Positions 19,645 through 29,210 of a stretch of DNA of 64,000 nucleotides are shown in pieces (position 1 is the first letter of the stretch; every line of letters starts with the position of its first letter). The translations under genes were made by a program, and so were the position numbers. The stretch covers positions 521 through 64,520 of the forward strand of contig DATION010000006.1 of assembly GCA_035473115.1 (NCBI GenBank), given 5' to 3'. The stretch is from Candidatus Udaeobacter sp. Its GTDB lineage: Bacteria; Patescibacteriota; Patescibacteriia; Magasanikbacterales; GWA2-37-8. Under the pieces are notes generated by a model. That model was not told where the DNA came from and ran no database searches. It saw only the letters and a list, made by a program, of their open reading frames with translations.

Positions 19645-21094
19645 ATATGTACAATTTGTACGTTCCGGAAATACGCGCTGCAATCGGAGGCTGTTTTAAT
19701 TTCCAGCCATGTTCGATAAATAAATCACTTAGCTTGGTGGTGTTGGGAATTTCATTTTGCAGCAAAGCAACTATTGAGTAATTGTCCATTTTACTAGCTG
19801 CATACCAATTATCTTTTTCTTCGGCAGAGAGCTGTATAGGCGCTATATAATTTTTTTTGATCAGCATTTCGTCCCAACTCATATCTTTGTAGAAAACCAA
19901 AGTTTTGGCATTTTTGGCTACCGTTGGATTTAGATAATAGTCAATTTGGTTTTTTAAAGTCATTGAATTGTAGACAAAGACAAATTTATCACTGGTTTCA
20001 TATTGTTTAAATACTGCTTCGTTTTTTTGCCAGTCAGTAATAGGCAGAGTGTCTCGTAAAATATATAAACCAGTCAAGCAAGCGCAGGTGATTAAAGCGG
20101 CTGCCAGCCAATTTTTTACACAGCCAGAAAGAGAGTAAGAGATAGCCATAACCATCAAAGGCAAAATAGCTATGATAAATTTTATATTCCAAACTCGCAA
20201 GCCCAAAGAAAGGATAATTGGGACAAAAATTAAGATCATTAAAAATAAAAGGTTAGCAGATTTAGTTTTATATAGTTTATGTAAGATGAGTAAACCAGCA
20301 AAAAAAACCAGAATTAAGCCGTAAAAAATCGGCAATTGTCCAATCAGTAAATTGAGCAAGGGGCTAACAGCCTGGTTAAATGTGTGGCTAAGATTGAGAA
20401 ACCAGGCTTGACCCAGATTATTGTTTCTTTTTATATATAACGAAGCAAGTATCCAGCTTCCGCCCAAAATAAAAGGAATTAAATTGTATTTTATCCAGTT
20501 GAAAACGGCTGATTTTCCTTTAAAGATAGCTAGAGCCAGAAATTGTCCAGTTAAAAATAATAACGAACTGAGATGAGAAAAAATTAACAAGCCATTTATA
20601 ATAGCGCCCAGTGCTTTGGTTTTAGGCGGAGTATCATTTGAGAAAAATTGCTTATAAATAATAAAAGTAGATAAAATCGCCAGGAGCATTAAGAAAGAAT
20701 AAACTCTGGCCGTGGCTGACCAAAAAATATTGTAGGGATGAATAGCTAAATAAAAAGCCGCCAGGAGAGCGGGTTTTTCAGTAAAAATTTCTTTGCCAAG
20801 TTTATAGATAAAATATATCGAAGCGGTTCCGGCCAAAACGCTTGGTAATCGGGCAAATAATTCATTGGCCGGAAAAATAAAAAACCAAATTTTTAAGATT
20901 AACAGATGTAGCGGTGGGTTGGTTTCCCATAGCCAGTAGATTAACCCTTGAGGCCAAGCTTTTTGGCTATAAATAAAATTGAACATTTCATCATCCCAGA
21001 AATTGCCATATTTAAACACTGCGGCCAAACGTAAAATTAAGCCTAATAAAATTATCAAGCCTAACAGAATATATTTTTTGTTGACAAATTTCAT
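19631..21094 (-). CDS. GT-C fold glycosyltransferase (PMT/ArnT-like)
   Basis: FWDDE, NPPLH, ELFARLPSVLAG, SATARVY motifs; many TM helices. Confidence 0.85.
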   Translation of the reverse strand: MKFVNKKYILLGLIILLGLILRLAAVFKYGNFWDDEMFNFIYSQKAWPQGLIYWLWETNPPLHLLILKIWFFIFPANELFARLPSVLAGTASIYFIYKLGKEIFTEKPALLAAFYLAIHPYNIFWSATARVYSFLMLLAILSTFIIYKQFFSNDTPPKTKALGAIINGLLIFSHLSSLLFLTGQFLALAIFKGKSAVFNWIKYNLIPFILGGSWILASLYIKRNNNLGQAWFLNLSHTFNQAVSPLLNLLIGQLPIFYGLILVFFAGLLILHKLYKTKSANLLFLMILIFVPIILSLGLRVWNIKFIIAILPLMVMAISYSLSGCVKNWLAAALITCACLTGLYILRDTLPITDWQKNEAVFKQYETSDKFVFVYNSMTLKNQIDYYLNPTVAKNAKTLVFYKDMSWDEMLIKKNYIAPIQLSAEEKDNWYAASKMDNYSIVALLQNEIPNTTKLSDLFIEHGWKLKQPPIAARISGTYKLYIYEKN

Positions 21095-21115
21095 GGAAGA
21101 AATTTACAGGCAAGT

Positions 21116-22201
21116 TTATTCGTCGTCTTCGGTTTCAGCACCGCTGTAATCAAGGCCGGCATAATCGGCTGCTCGAACAGCGGTAATAATGGCGTCTAAA
21201 TCGCCGTCAATAATTCTAGGGATACTGTTCCAACTTTGATGAATACGATGATCAGTGATTCGATCTTGAGGAAAATTATAAGTACGAATTTTTTCACTAC
21301 GATCGCCGCTGCCAATTTGGGCGCGTCTTTTTTCGGTAAGAGTGGCCATCTTTTTTTCTCGGTCAGCCGCGTAGATGCGAGAACGTAAAACAGCCATGGC
21401 TTTTTCTTTGTTGGCAGTCTGCGACCGTTCATCTTGGCATTGCACCATTATACCGGTCGGGATATGGATAATTCTGACGGCTGAATAAGTGGTGTTGACA
21501 CTTTGTCCGCCCGCGCCGCCCGAACAAAAAGTATCAATGCGCAGATCTTTTGGTTCGATTTTAATTTCTGTTTCTTCAATTTCCGGCAGAACAGCCACAG
21601 TGATAGTAGAGGTATGAATCCGTCCAGCTTTTTCGGTGTCAGGCACTCTTTGTACACGATGTACGCCCATCTCGTATTTTAAATCCTTGTAAACATTTTT
21701 GCCTTTGATAGAAAAAATAACTTCTTTAAAACCGCCGATGCCAATGCGGTTGGCATCCAAAATACTGGTTTTCCATTTTTTGCTTTCGGCGTAGCGAGTA
21801 TACATGCGGTAGAGTTCAGCGGCAAATAGGGCCGATTCATCGCCGCCCACGCCAGCGCGGATTTCTACGATCACATCTTTTTTATCAAATGGGTCCTGTG
21901 GACGAGTCATTTCGTCCAGTTCTTTTTCCAGGTTTATTTTTTTTGTTTCCAAATCTGGCAGTTCTGCAACAGCCATTTCTTTTAGCTGAGCATCTTCTTC
22001 TTGATTTATCATTGACTGGGTATCAGTAATATTATTTTCTATCGCAGCTAGTTCTTTAATTTTTTCAACTGTTGATTTTAATTCAGTATATTCTTGAGAA
22101 ATTTCTTTTATTTTTTTGGGATCATTAAGTACAGCCGGATTCTGCAGATCGGTTTCTAGATTGGCAAATTTAATTTGTATTTCTTTGTATTTGTTATTCA
22201 T
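21116..22201 (-). CDS. prfA: Peptide chain release factor 1
   Basis: [19 protein letters not shown] (PxT), [18 protein letters not shown]. Confidence 0.97.
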   Translation of the reverse strand: MNNKYKEIQIKFANLETDLQNPAVLNDPKKIKEISQEYTELKSTVEKIKELAAIENNITDTQSMINQEEDAQLKEMAVAELPDLETKKINLEKELDEMTRPQDPFDKKDVIVEIRAGVGGDESALFAAELYRMYTRYAESKKWKTSILDANRIGIGGFKEVIFSIKGKNVYKDLKYEMGVHRVQRVPDTEKAGRIHTSTITVAVLPEIEETEIKIEPKDLRIDTFCSGGAGGQSVNTTYSAVRIIHIPTGIMVQCQDERSQTANKEKAMAVLRSRIYAADREKKMATLTEKRRAQIGSGDRSEKIRTYNFPQDRITDHRIHQSWNSIPRIIDGDLDAIITAVRAADYAGLDYSGAETEDDE

Positions 22202-22301
22202 AAGCCTGGCTGTCTTTCATTAATAGAGTGAGGTTGGAAGTTTTAATAAAAAACAGACTCAACACCAATATATTGTAGTCTGTTTTTTAAATTTATCAAA
22301 G

Positions 22302-22598
22302 CTAAGCCTTCTTGGCAGCAGCTTTTTTGGCGGTCTTTTTGGCAGCTACAGCCGCTTTCTTGGCTTTTTGGCCTTTGCGGGCTGCGGCAGCGGAAGTTTT
22401 TTTGTCGGAACGTTCTTGGAATTTTTCTACGCGGCGAGCAGTATCAACAAATTTTTGTTTGCCGGTATAAAAAGGATGGCACTTATTGCAAAGTTCCACG
22501 CGGATAGTTTTCATGGTGCTGCCAGTGGTAAAAGTGTTGCCGCAGGCGCAGGTAACTTCCGTGTCATTATGATATTCAGGGTGAATTTTTTTCTGCAT
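22302..22598 (-). CDS. rpmE: 50S ribosomal protein L31 (Zn type, Lys/Ala tail)
   Basis: [20 protein letters not shown]; promoter TTGACA-17-TATAGT at 22658-22630. Confidence 0.96.
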   Translation of the reverse strand: MQKKIHPEYHNDTEVTCACGNTFTTGSTMKTIRVELCNKCHPFYTGKQKFVDTARRVEKFQERSDKKTSAAAARKGQKAKKAAVAAKKTAKKAAAKKA

Positions 22599-22786
22599 AA
22601 AATTAAAGAATTTTTATTTAAGTAAGAGAACTATAGCATTATTATTGCCGACTGTCAATATCAAGGATCTATTTTAAGGCATTTTAAAACCCGCTTTTGG
22701 CGGGTTGGTGGGTTCACGTTGGCCATTCTTTAGCCATTACTGAGCTTACTTGCCTCTTAAAAGAGCCTGGTTAACCGTTTCGCACC

Positions 22787-23053
22787 TTATCCGATTAGGT
22801 GGAGCGGTCGGGTAGTGGTCAGGCCGCCTTCATAAGCCAGCCTGTTCATAGCTTGGTGGAAGGCTCTGGCCCACGCTTTGCTTTCGATGGATTGTCCCGG
22901 TGCAGCCCGGTCGGCTGCTATTTCTGCAACCTCGATAAGCGCGTTTCGAGCTTTTATATATTCACAATTGTGAGGCGGTCTTTGCCTAATTATTTCTGGA
23001 ATATCAAATCCAGAGTCATACTTTCCTTCGACGCACGCACATTTTGTGGTCAT
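22787..23053 (-). CDS. 88-aa orphan protein (cassette), starting MTTKCAC
   Basis: AGGAG SD before ATG 23053; promoter TTGACA-17-TATAAA at 23110-23082; hairpin aacccgcc..gcgggtt near 22687-22706. Confidence 0.7.
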   Translation of the reverse strand: MTTKCACVEGKYDSGFDIPEIIRQRPPHNCEYIKARNALIEVAEIAADRAAPGQSIESKAWARAFHQAMNRLAYEGGLTTTRPLHLIG

Positions 23054-23081
23054 TTTTTTCTCCTGGTTAAAAACCAGATAC

Positions 23082-23146
23082 TTTATACATTGAGTGTTAA
23101 CTATTGTCAAGGAGAACTTGACAAATCTTGGTTTTTGTGGTATATT
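23082..23146. promoter_or_regulatory. Back-to-back divergent sigma70 promoters
   Basis: Minus TTGACA-17-TATAAA (23110-23082); plus TTGACA-17-TATATT (23118-23146); the -35 boxes form the palindrome ttgtcaag-gagaa-cttgacaa. Confidence 0.75.
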
Positions 23147-23287
23147 GGTTTGTTGCCTTTTGCAGCCAACAACTGTAGAATAAGCAATACTTCCTAAGGT
23201 TCGGGTGATTTTTACCCGGATTAAAGGATGTGACAATCAACAAAAAACAACGCGGCAGTAAAACGCGATCAACCCAGGAGGAATCAA

Positions 23288-23920
23288 ATGGCAACGAATC
23301 AGGCGCTGAACGTACTGGACCTGGACACCGATGTCCCCGCGGATCCCACGGTTGGGATGAGCGACGCAGAAGTTCTGGAGGGATGGGATGCCCTGCTCGC
23401 CGGTCTGCCCAATGGTGGTGCAGTGGAGCAGTCCGAGGCCGCGGCCACGACGACCAACTCGCTCGATCCCGGCCACGAAGCGGCGCCGAACGATCCCCTC
23501 GAGCTCCAGTTCGAGATCGATGACCAGGTCATGCTCATCGGACCCGTCACGGCCGATGAGCAGCCCAGCGACCACAGCGTCGTCATGGCCAACCCGCCCA
23601 CCGTGGACGAGGAGTGGCCGGCCATCGACAAGCTCGATGTCGTGGCTGCCACTAATCCGGCCGACCCGAACGACGCGGACGAGTTCGGCGGAGACACCAA
23701 GGAGATCGAGCTCCCCCAGTTCCCGGACAGCGCGACCGAGCCGTCGGCTGATGGTGATGGTCAGGCCCCCACCGATCTGGATGCCGACCCCAACTACGCC
23801 GAGTTCGAGGTCGAGGGTCTGGTCCTCGACGAGGACGATCGGCCGCTGATGACCAGCGGTACCATCGTCGACGCCGCGACCCCGTCGTCCCACGACGACC
23901 AGCTGCGCTGCACGGACTGA
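23288..23920 (+). CDS. Highly acidic, Pro/Asp/Glu-rich, probably disordered orphan protein in a high-GC patch
   Basis: AGGAGG SD; codons overwhelmingly G/C-ending in this frame; promoter upstream and terminator downstream. Confidence 0.8.
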   Translation: MATNQALNVLDLDTDVPADPTVGMSDAEVLEGWDALLAGLPNGGAVEQSEAAATTTNSLDPGHEAAPNDPLELQFEIDDQVMLIGPVTADEQPSDHSVVMANPPTVDEEWPAIDKLDVVAATNPADPNDADEFGGDTKEIELPQFPDSATEPSADGDGQAPTDLDADPNYAEFEVEGLVLDEDDRPLMTSGTIVDAATPSSHDDQLRCTD

Positions 23921-23963
23921 CGCAAGTCAATCACGCGCGGCAGCCAGCCGTCACAGCAGTACA

Positions 23964-24013
23964 CCTCGCCCTGACCAGGGAACAGCTCTGGTCACGGCGA
24001 GGCTTTTGTTTTT
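23964..24013 (+). terminator. Intrinsic terminator of acidic-protein cassette
   Basis: cctcgcc-c-tgacc...ggtca-c-ggcgagg then cttttgttttt. Confidence 0.75.
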
Positions 24014-24103
24014 ATATAAAAAAATTGAACCCCGCTATGCCGTAGCATGCGGGGGCAGATGGTTTCAGACTTACCAGTGGTCATGAAAATGTTGTGCTTT
24101 GTC

Positions 24104-24490
24104 TTATTTTAAGACGGAAACTGGTAGATTTTGGGTAGAGAGGTGCGCCAGCCAGTCTTTGATCCCAACTAGGAAGGATTCAACAGCTTTCAGGCTATCT
24201 GTGCTATTATTATCCTCTTTGAGATTAACAAAGTTGACATGGCCCATATCCAGCTCTCTTGCTGGCATGATGCCAATCCTGACTTTTATTTTTAGCGTTC
24301 TCCACTGGGCATCAGTGTTTTCGATCTCTCCTTTGATTTCCCACTGTGGAGTGAGTGGAATGAAAAATGTGAAGTAGCCATTTTTATTGGCTTCGTAGCG
24401 ACGGGAGCACCGGGGAAAGAGCTTGAGCAGAAGCTCTTTGAGTATTCTGCAGTTTTCTACTACGATTTTTCGTTCATGATCATCCAGCAT
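24104..24490 (-). CDS. 128-aa orphan hypothetical protein (cassette)
   Basis: AGGAAG before ATG 24490; promoter TTGACT-16-TAGTAT near 24578-24551; terminator ccccgc-atgc-tacg-gcat-a-gcgggg at ~24030-24055. Confidence 0.7.
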   Translation of the reverse strand: MLDDHERKIVVENCRILKELLLKLFPRCSRRYEANKNGYFTFFIPLTPQWEIKGEIENTDAQWRTLKIKVRIGIMPARELDMGHVNFVNLKEDNNSTDSLKAVESFLVGIKDWLAHLSTQNLPVSVLK

Positions 24491-24627
24491 GGTTTTACTT
24501 CCTAAGTGTGGTTTGGCCAAACCTGTTGTGCGTGTGTGTTGGTATGGCCAATACTAGCAGTTTTAAGGGAAAAGTCAATGTATTATCTGGTTTAGTAGTA
24601 AAGGTAAGATAAATTAGCATCTAACTC

Positions 24628-24730
24628 TTGACTATTTTCTATTACCCTTGTATACTTGTTTTATCTTAATTTAATCTCTCGCTAGCCAACTTTTTCCTCC
24701 CTACGGACCATTCCGGGGCAAGGCTAGGAG
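24628..24730 (+). promoter_or_regulatory. rpsB promoter and structured leader (likely S2 autoregulatory leader)
   Basis: TTGACT-17-TATACT at 24628-24656; ctc-g-ctagcc pairs with ggctag-gag, overlapping an AGGAGG. Confidence 0.6.
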
Positions 24731-24747
24731 GCAATAATAAGGAAAAT

Positions 24748-25530
24748 ATGAGTAAAATGCCAACACTGTTGGAAATGTTAAAGGCCGGAGTTCACTTTGG
24801 CCATCAGAAATCACGCTGGCACCCCAAGATGGAACAGTACATCTTCGGTGTCCGTAACGGAGTCCACATTATCGATTTGGAAAAAACTCAGGTTCAGCTT
24901 GAGAAAGCTCTGGATTATGTAAAGAATTTGGCAAGCAAAGGCCAAGTTATTTTGTTTGTGGGAACAAAACGTCAAGCTAGAGAAATTACCAAGGCTGCAG
25001 CTGTTAGCTGTGAAATGCCATATCTGGTAGAACGCTGGATCGGCGGATTACTAACTAATTTTGATGAAGTTAAACGCCGTTTGAAAAAATATCATAATTT
25101 AAAAGAACAATTTGCTACCGGTGAAATTGAAAAATATACCAAGAAAGAACAGGTAACAATGAAGAAGCAATTAGAAAAATTAGATAAATATTTAATCGGT
25201 TTGACAGCTTTGGATAGAATGCCAGATGCTTTATTTATCGCTGATATGCGTACCGAAAAAACCGCTTTAGCTGAAGCAGAAAGAACTGAAATTCCAACTG
25301 TGGCTATCTCTGATACTAATGTTAATCCGGAGAAAGTTAATTATGCTATTCCGGCCAACGACGATGCTGTTAATTCTATAAAATTAGTCACTGATTTGGT
25401 TGCTGAAGCTATTAATGAAGGCCGCAAAGAATTTGAAAAGAAAAAATTAGAACGCGCTAAAGAAGAACCAGTAAAGCGCGACGCTGTAAAAGTAGAAAGA
25501 CGAGCTCTTAAAAAAGATGAATCAGTTTAA
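24748..25530 (+). CDS. rpsB: 30S ribosomal protein S2
   Basis: AGVHFGH, WHPKM, LFVGTK, RWIGGLLTNF, IPANDDA. Confidence 0.98.
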   Translation: MSKMPTLLEMLKAGVHFGHQKSRWHPKMEQYIFGVRNGVHIIDLEKTQVQLEKALDYVKNLASKGQVILFVGTKRQAREITKAAAVSCEMPYLVERWIGGLLTNFDEVKRRLKKYHNLKEQFATGEIEKYTKKEQVTMKKQLEKLDKYLIGLTALDRMPDALFIADMRTEKTALAEAERTEIPTVAISDTNVNPEKVNYAIPANDDAVNSIKLVTDLVAEAINEGRKEFEKKKLERAKEEPVKRDAVKVERRALKKDESV

Positions 25531-25616
25531 GGTTTAGATTGCTTAAACTATTAATCAAATTCGGCCTTGCATGGCACATAGTGTCACTTGGCCTGATTTC
25601 TCTAAAATAAAATCAT

Positions 25617-26489
25617 ATGTCTATAAGCACATCAGACGTAGCCAAACTAAGATCAATGACTGGCGCCGGTATGATGGATTGCAAAAAAGCTTTGGATGAA
25701 GCCGAAGGCGATCTGGAAAAAGCCGGAGAAATACTTCGTAAAAAAGGTATTGTTAAAGCTGCTAAACGTTCGGATAAGGTGGCAGCCGAAGGTACTACCA
25801 GAGTAAAAACAGATGGCAATGACGCCGTAATTTTGGAAGTTAATTCCGAAACTGATTTTGTGGCCGAGAATGCTGACTTCAAAAATCTGGTAACTGAAAT
25901 TGTGGATGCTTGTTTGGAAAAAGAACCAAAAGATATGCCAGCTGCTTTGGCCGAAAATGTCGGTGGGCAAACTTTACAAGAACGCTTAAATAATTTAACT
26001 CTTACCATCGGTGAAAAAATTTCTTTCCGCCGTTTTGTCTTAGTCAAAAAAGAATCAGGCGACGCTTTTGGTGCTTATTCTCATTTGGGCGGCAAAATTT
26101 CTGTCTTAATTTTGCTCAAAAATTCTGCTAACAAAGATTTAGCTCGCGATATTGCGATGCATGCAGCTGCCTCAAATCCAAAATATGTCAGCCGCGACCA
26201 GGTGCCAGCTGAAGTTGTAGAAAAAGAAAAAGAAATTTATACCGAGCAGCTTAAACAACAAGGCAAACCAGAAGCAGCCATAGCCAATATCTTAAAAGGA
26301 AAATTAGATAAATTCTATAGTGAAATTTGTCTGTTGGAACAGCCTTTCATTAAAGATGAAGAAAAAACCATTCAAAAATTATTGGGAGAAAATGTCAGCA
26401 TTGCCAGAATGGAAAGATTTGAATTGGGTGCGGGCTTAACAAAAGAAGCGACGGATTTTGCCGCTGAAGTAGAAGCACAGTTGAAATAA
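25617..26489 (+). CDS. tsf: Elongation factor Ts
   Basis: LRSMTGAGMMDCKKAL, EVNSETDFVA. Confidence 0.98.
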   Translation: MSISTSDVAKLRSMTGAGMMDCKKALDEAEGDLEKAGEILRKKGIVKAAKRSDKVAAEGTTRVKTDGNDAVILEVNSETDFVAENADFKNLVTEIVDACLEKEPKDMPAALAENVGGQTLQERLNNLTLTIGEKISFRRFVLVKKESGDAFGAYSHLGGKISVLILLKNSANKDLARDIAMHAAASNPKYVSRDQVPAEVVEKEKEIYTEQLKQQGKPEAAIANILKGKLDKFYSEICLLEQPFIKDEEKTIQKLLGENVSIARMERFELGAGLTKEATDFAAEVEAQLK

Positions 26490-26603
26490 ATTCTTAAAAA
26501 ATAAAACAGAGAATGACAGTTAAAGCTGTCATTTTTTGTTTTTATTAGAGCTTTACTTATAGGTAAATTTAATGTAAAGTATGTCTGTTCACAGTAATTT
26601 TCT

Positions 26604-27827
26604 ATGATCAAATTAGTTGTTCAAAAACAGAGAATTGGTCCGATTCTTGGCCGTCACCCATGGGTGTTTTCGGGCGCGCTCAAACAGATTCCCGAAGGCT
26701 TGAAAAGCGGTGAAGCTGTAGTCTTGGTTAATGAGCAGCAAGAATTTTTGGCCCAAGGCTATTTTAATTCTTATTCACAAATTGCTGTACGGCTGTGGAG
26801 CTGGGATGAAAAAGAAACAATTGATGATAAATTTTTTGAGAAAAAAATCAGCCAGGCCTATGAAGTTAGGAAAAACTTTATTGCCAGCCCCAAAGGGGCC
26901 CCTTCGGGGCAAACTGATTCATATCGTTTAGTGCACAGCGAAAATGATTTATTGCCCGGACTTATTATTGATAAGTATGCCGATTATTTGGTTTTGCAAT
27001 TTCATACTCCGGGAATAGAATTTTGGAAAGAAAAAATTGTTAAAGCTTTGGTCAAAATAATTAAACCGGAAGGTATTTATGAAAGATCCGATGTGCGTGA
27101 TAGAAATCGCATGCCAAAAGATGTGGAAGCGTCGGTTAAAGAAAATACTTCAGGATTATTATACGGTAAAGTCCCTGAGAGAATAAAAATCTCCGAAAAC
27201 GGCTTTAAATTTTGGGTAGATGTAATTGGCGGCCAGAAAACCGGTTTCTTTCTGGATCAAAGAGATAAGCGTCAAGCTTTAACCAAATATGCCGAAGGAA
27301 AAAATGTTTTAAACTGTTTTTCTTATTCCGGAGGGTTTAGCGTTTATGCTTTGGGCGCTGGGGCCAAACATGTGATAAGCGTCGATTCTTCGCAGAGTGC
27401 CTTAGAATTAGCCGAAGAAAATGTAAAGTTAAATAAATTAGATTTAAAAAAATGCGAGTTTATTTGCGGCGATGTCAAGCAATATTTGTTTGAGGCGCAG
27501 CAAACTAAACCTGATTTGGATATTATTATTCTCGATCCGCCCGCTTTTGTAAAAGATAGACACAAAGTACAAGAAGGTTTGATGGGTTATAAAAAAATAA
27601 ATGAAGCCGCTCTGCGTTTACTGCCATCTGACGGTGTATTGGTCTCGGCGTCTTGTTCGGCACACGTGTCTTTATCCGACTTCTGTTATATGCTGTCCGA
27701 GTCAGCTGGCCGAGCGCGCCAGACTCTGCAGGTTTTGGAAACGTATACCCATGGTATGGACCATCCGGAATTAGTGGCTTTTACCGAGGGGGAATACTTA
27801 AAATGTCTGTTTGCCAGAGTGATTTAA
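26604..27827 (+). CDS. rlmI: RlmI-like 23S rRNA m5C methyltransferase
   Basis: HPWVF PUA domain, LPGLIIDKY, GQKTGFFLDQR, LNCFSYSGGF, IILDPPAF, EGEYLK. Confidence 0.88.
   Translation: MIKLVVQKQRIGPILGRHPWVFSGALKQIPEGLKSGEAVVLVNEQQEFLAQGYFNSYSQIAVRLWSWDEKETIDDKFFEKKISQAYEVRKNFIASPKGAPSGQTDSYRLVHSENDLLPGLIIDKYADYLVLQFHTPGIEFWKEKIVKALVKIIKPEGIYERSDVRDRNRMPKDVEASVKENTSGLLYGKVPERIKISENGFKFWVDVIGGQKTGFFLDQRDKRQALTKYAEGKNVLNCFSYSGGFSVYALGAGAKHVISVDSSQSALELAEENVKLNKLDLKKCEFICGDVKQYLFEAQQTKPDLDIIILDPPAFVKDRHKVQEGLMGYKKINEAALRLLPSDGVLVSASCSAHVSLSDFCYMLSESAGRARQTLQVLETYTHGMDHPELVAFTEGEYLKCLFARVI
26887..26910. repeat. In-frame double-hairpin palindrome inside rlmI
   Basis: gcccc-aaa-ggggc overlapping gcccc-ttc-ggggc; 24 nt; read as SPKGAPSG. 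Confidence 0.75.
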
Positions 27828-27861
27828 AAAAGCTATAATAAATTATTCTTTTCTATAACAT

Positions 27862-28176
27862 ATGAATAAAAAATTATTGGCTCATTCAGCCGGACATGCG
27901 TTCTTGGCTTTTGCCTACATTGTTGGTATAGCTTCGTTTTTTCATTTTGGAGTAAAAAAAGTATTTGGCAATGTGCCGGAATTTTTTGCTCCTGTCATAA
28001 TGCTGCTCTTGTTGGTTTTATCAGCAGCGATAATGGCAATTTTAATTTTTGGTAGACCGGTTTTGTTGTATTTGGATAATCAAAAGAAAGATGCGTTAAC
28101 AATGTTATTTTATACTGTTGGTTGTTTGGCTGCTATTTTTGTTATTACCATAGCATCTGTTTTAATAATTTATTAA
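27862..28176 (+). CDS. Small three-TM membrane protein
   Basis: Three hydrophobic segments; LLLVLSAAIMAILIFGRP. Confidence 0.8.
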   Translation: MNKKLLAHSAGHAFLAFAYIVGIASFFHFGVKKVFGNVPEFFAPVIMLLLLVLSAAIMAILIFGRPVLLYLDNQKKDALTMLFYTVGCLAAIFVITIASVLIIY

Positions 28177-28198
28177 TTTTTAGATTTATTCAACTCGT

Positions 28199-29197
28199 AT
28201 GAATATTGCTATTAACGGTTTCGGCAGAATTGGCCGCCAAGCTTTCAAAGTCGCTTTTGGCCGCAAGAAAATAAATATCGTTGGTATTAATGATTTAACT
28301 GACACCAAAACTTTGGCGCATTTATTAAAATACGACACAGCTTATGGTAAATACGAAAAAGAAGTCAGTTTTGATGAAAAGAATTTAATTGTTGATGGCC
28401 ATAAGATTCCCGTATTTGCCGAAAAAGATCCAAGCCTGCTGCCTTGGGAAAAGTTAAAAGTAGATATTGTTTTGGAATGTACTGGAAGATTTACCAACAA
28501 AGAAGGTGCCGAATTGCACCTTAAAGCGGGAGCAAAAAAAGTTGTGATTAGCGCTCCAGCCAAAGGCGCAGGCGTGCCAACCTTTGTGCGCGCGGTAAAT
28601 TGTGCTAAATGCCACAAAGAAGAATCTTTGGTAATTAATAACGCCTCTTGCACCACCAACAGCATTGGTCCAGTGATGGCTGTGCTAAACGAAAAGTTTG
28701 GTATAGAAAAAGCAATGATGACCACTGCTCACGGTTATACCGCTGACCAGAATCTGCAGGATGCTCCGCATAAAGATCTGCGCCGCGCTCGCGCCGCTGC
28801 CGAAAACATTGTGCCAACTACCACTGGCGCAGCTATTGCTACCACCGAAGTTATCCCGGAATTAATAGGAGTTTTTGATGGTTTGTCTTTGCGCGTGCCA
28901 GTGCCGACAGTTTCGGTGTCAGACATGACAGTTTTACTAAAGAAAAATGTGACTAAAGAAGAGATAAACCAGGCGATGATTGAGGCGTCAAAGACAGAAA
29001 GATTTATGGGTGTGCTGGCTACGACCGACGAAGAATTAGTATCATCGGATTTTATTGGCAATACTCATTCAGCAATTGTGGATTTGAAGTTAACCAATGT
29101 GGTTGGAGGAAATTTGGTAAAAGTAGTTGCTTGGTATGATAATGAAACTGGTTATGCGAATCGGTTGATAGAAATTGCGGAATTATATACTTCTTAA
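28199..29197 (+). CDS. gap: Glyceraldehyde-3-phosphate dehydrogenase
   Basis: INGFGRIGR, NASCTTN, WYDNE. Confidence 0.98.
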   Translation: MNIAINGFGRIGRQAFKVAFGRKKINIVGINDLTDTKTLAHLLKYDTAYGKYEKEVSFDEKNLIVDGHKIPVFAEKDPSLLPWEKLKVDIVLECTGRFTNKEGAELHLKAGAKKVVISAPAKGAGVPTFVRAVNCAKCHKEESLVINNASCTTNSIGPVMAVLNEKFGIEKAMMTTAHGYTADQNLQDAPHKDLRRARAAAENIVPTTTGAAIATTEVIPELIGVFDGLSLRVPVPTVSVSDMTVLLKKNVTKEEINQAMIEASKTERFMGVLATTDEELVSSDFIGNTHSAIVDLKLTNVVGGNLVKVVAWYDNETGYANRLIEIAELYTS

Positions 29198-29210
29198 AAT
29201 ATAAATTATT

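Noticed and set aside
23054-23236. N-terminal extension of the 149-aa ORF 22787-23236
   Set aside because: It runs across the gene's own promoter; the SD supports ATG 23053
23230-23930. Overlapping alternative ORFs (23237-23893 -, 23299-23700 -, 23388-23849 +, 23230-23523 +, 23652-23930 -)
   Set aside because: Expected shadows of a high-GC3 gene; only 23288-23920 has the SD, promoter, terminator and codon-position bias
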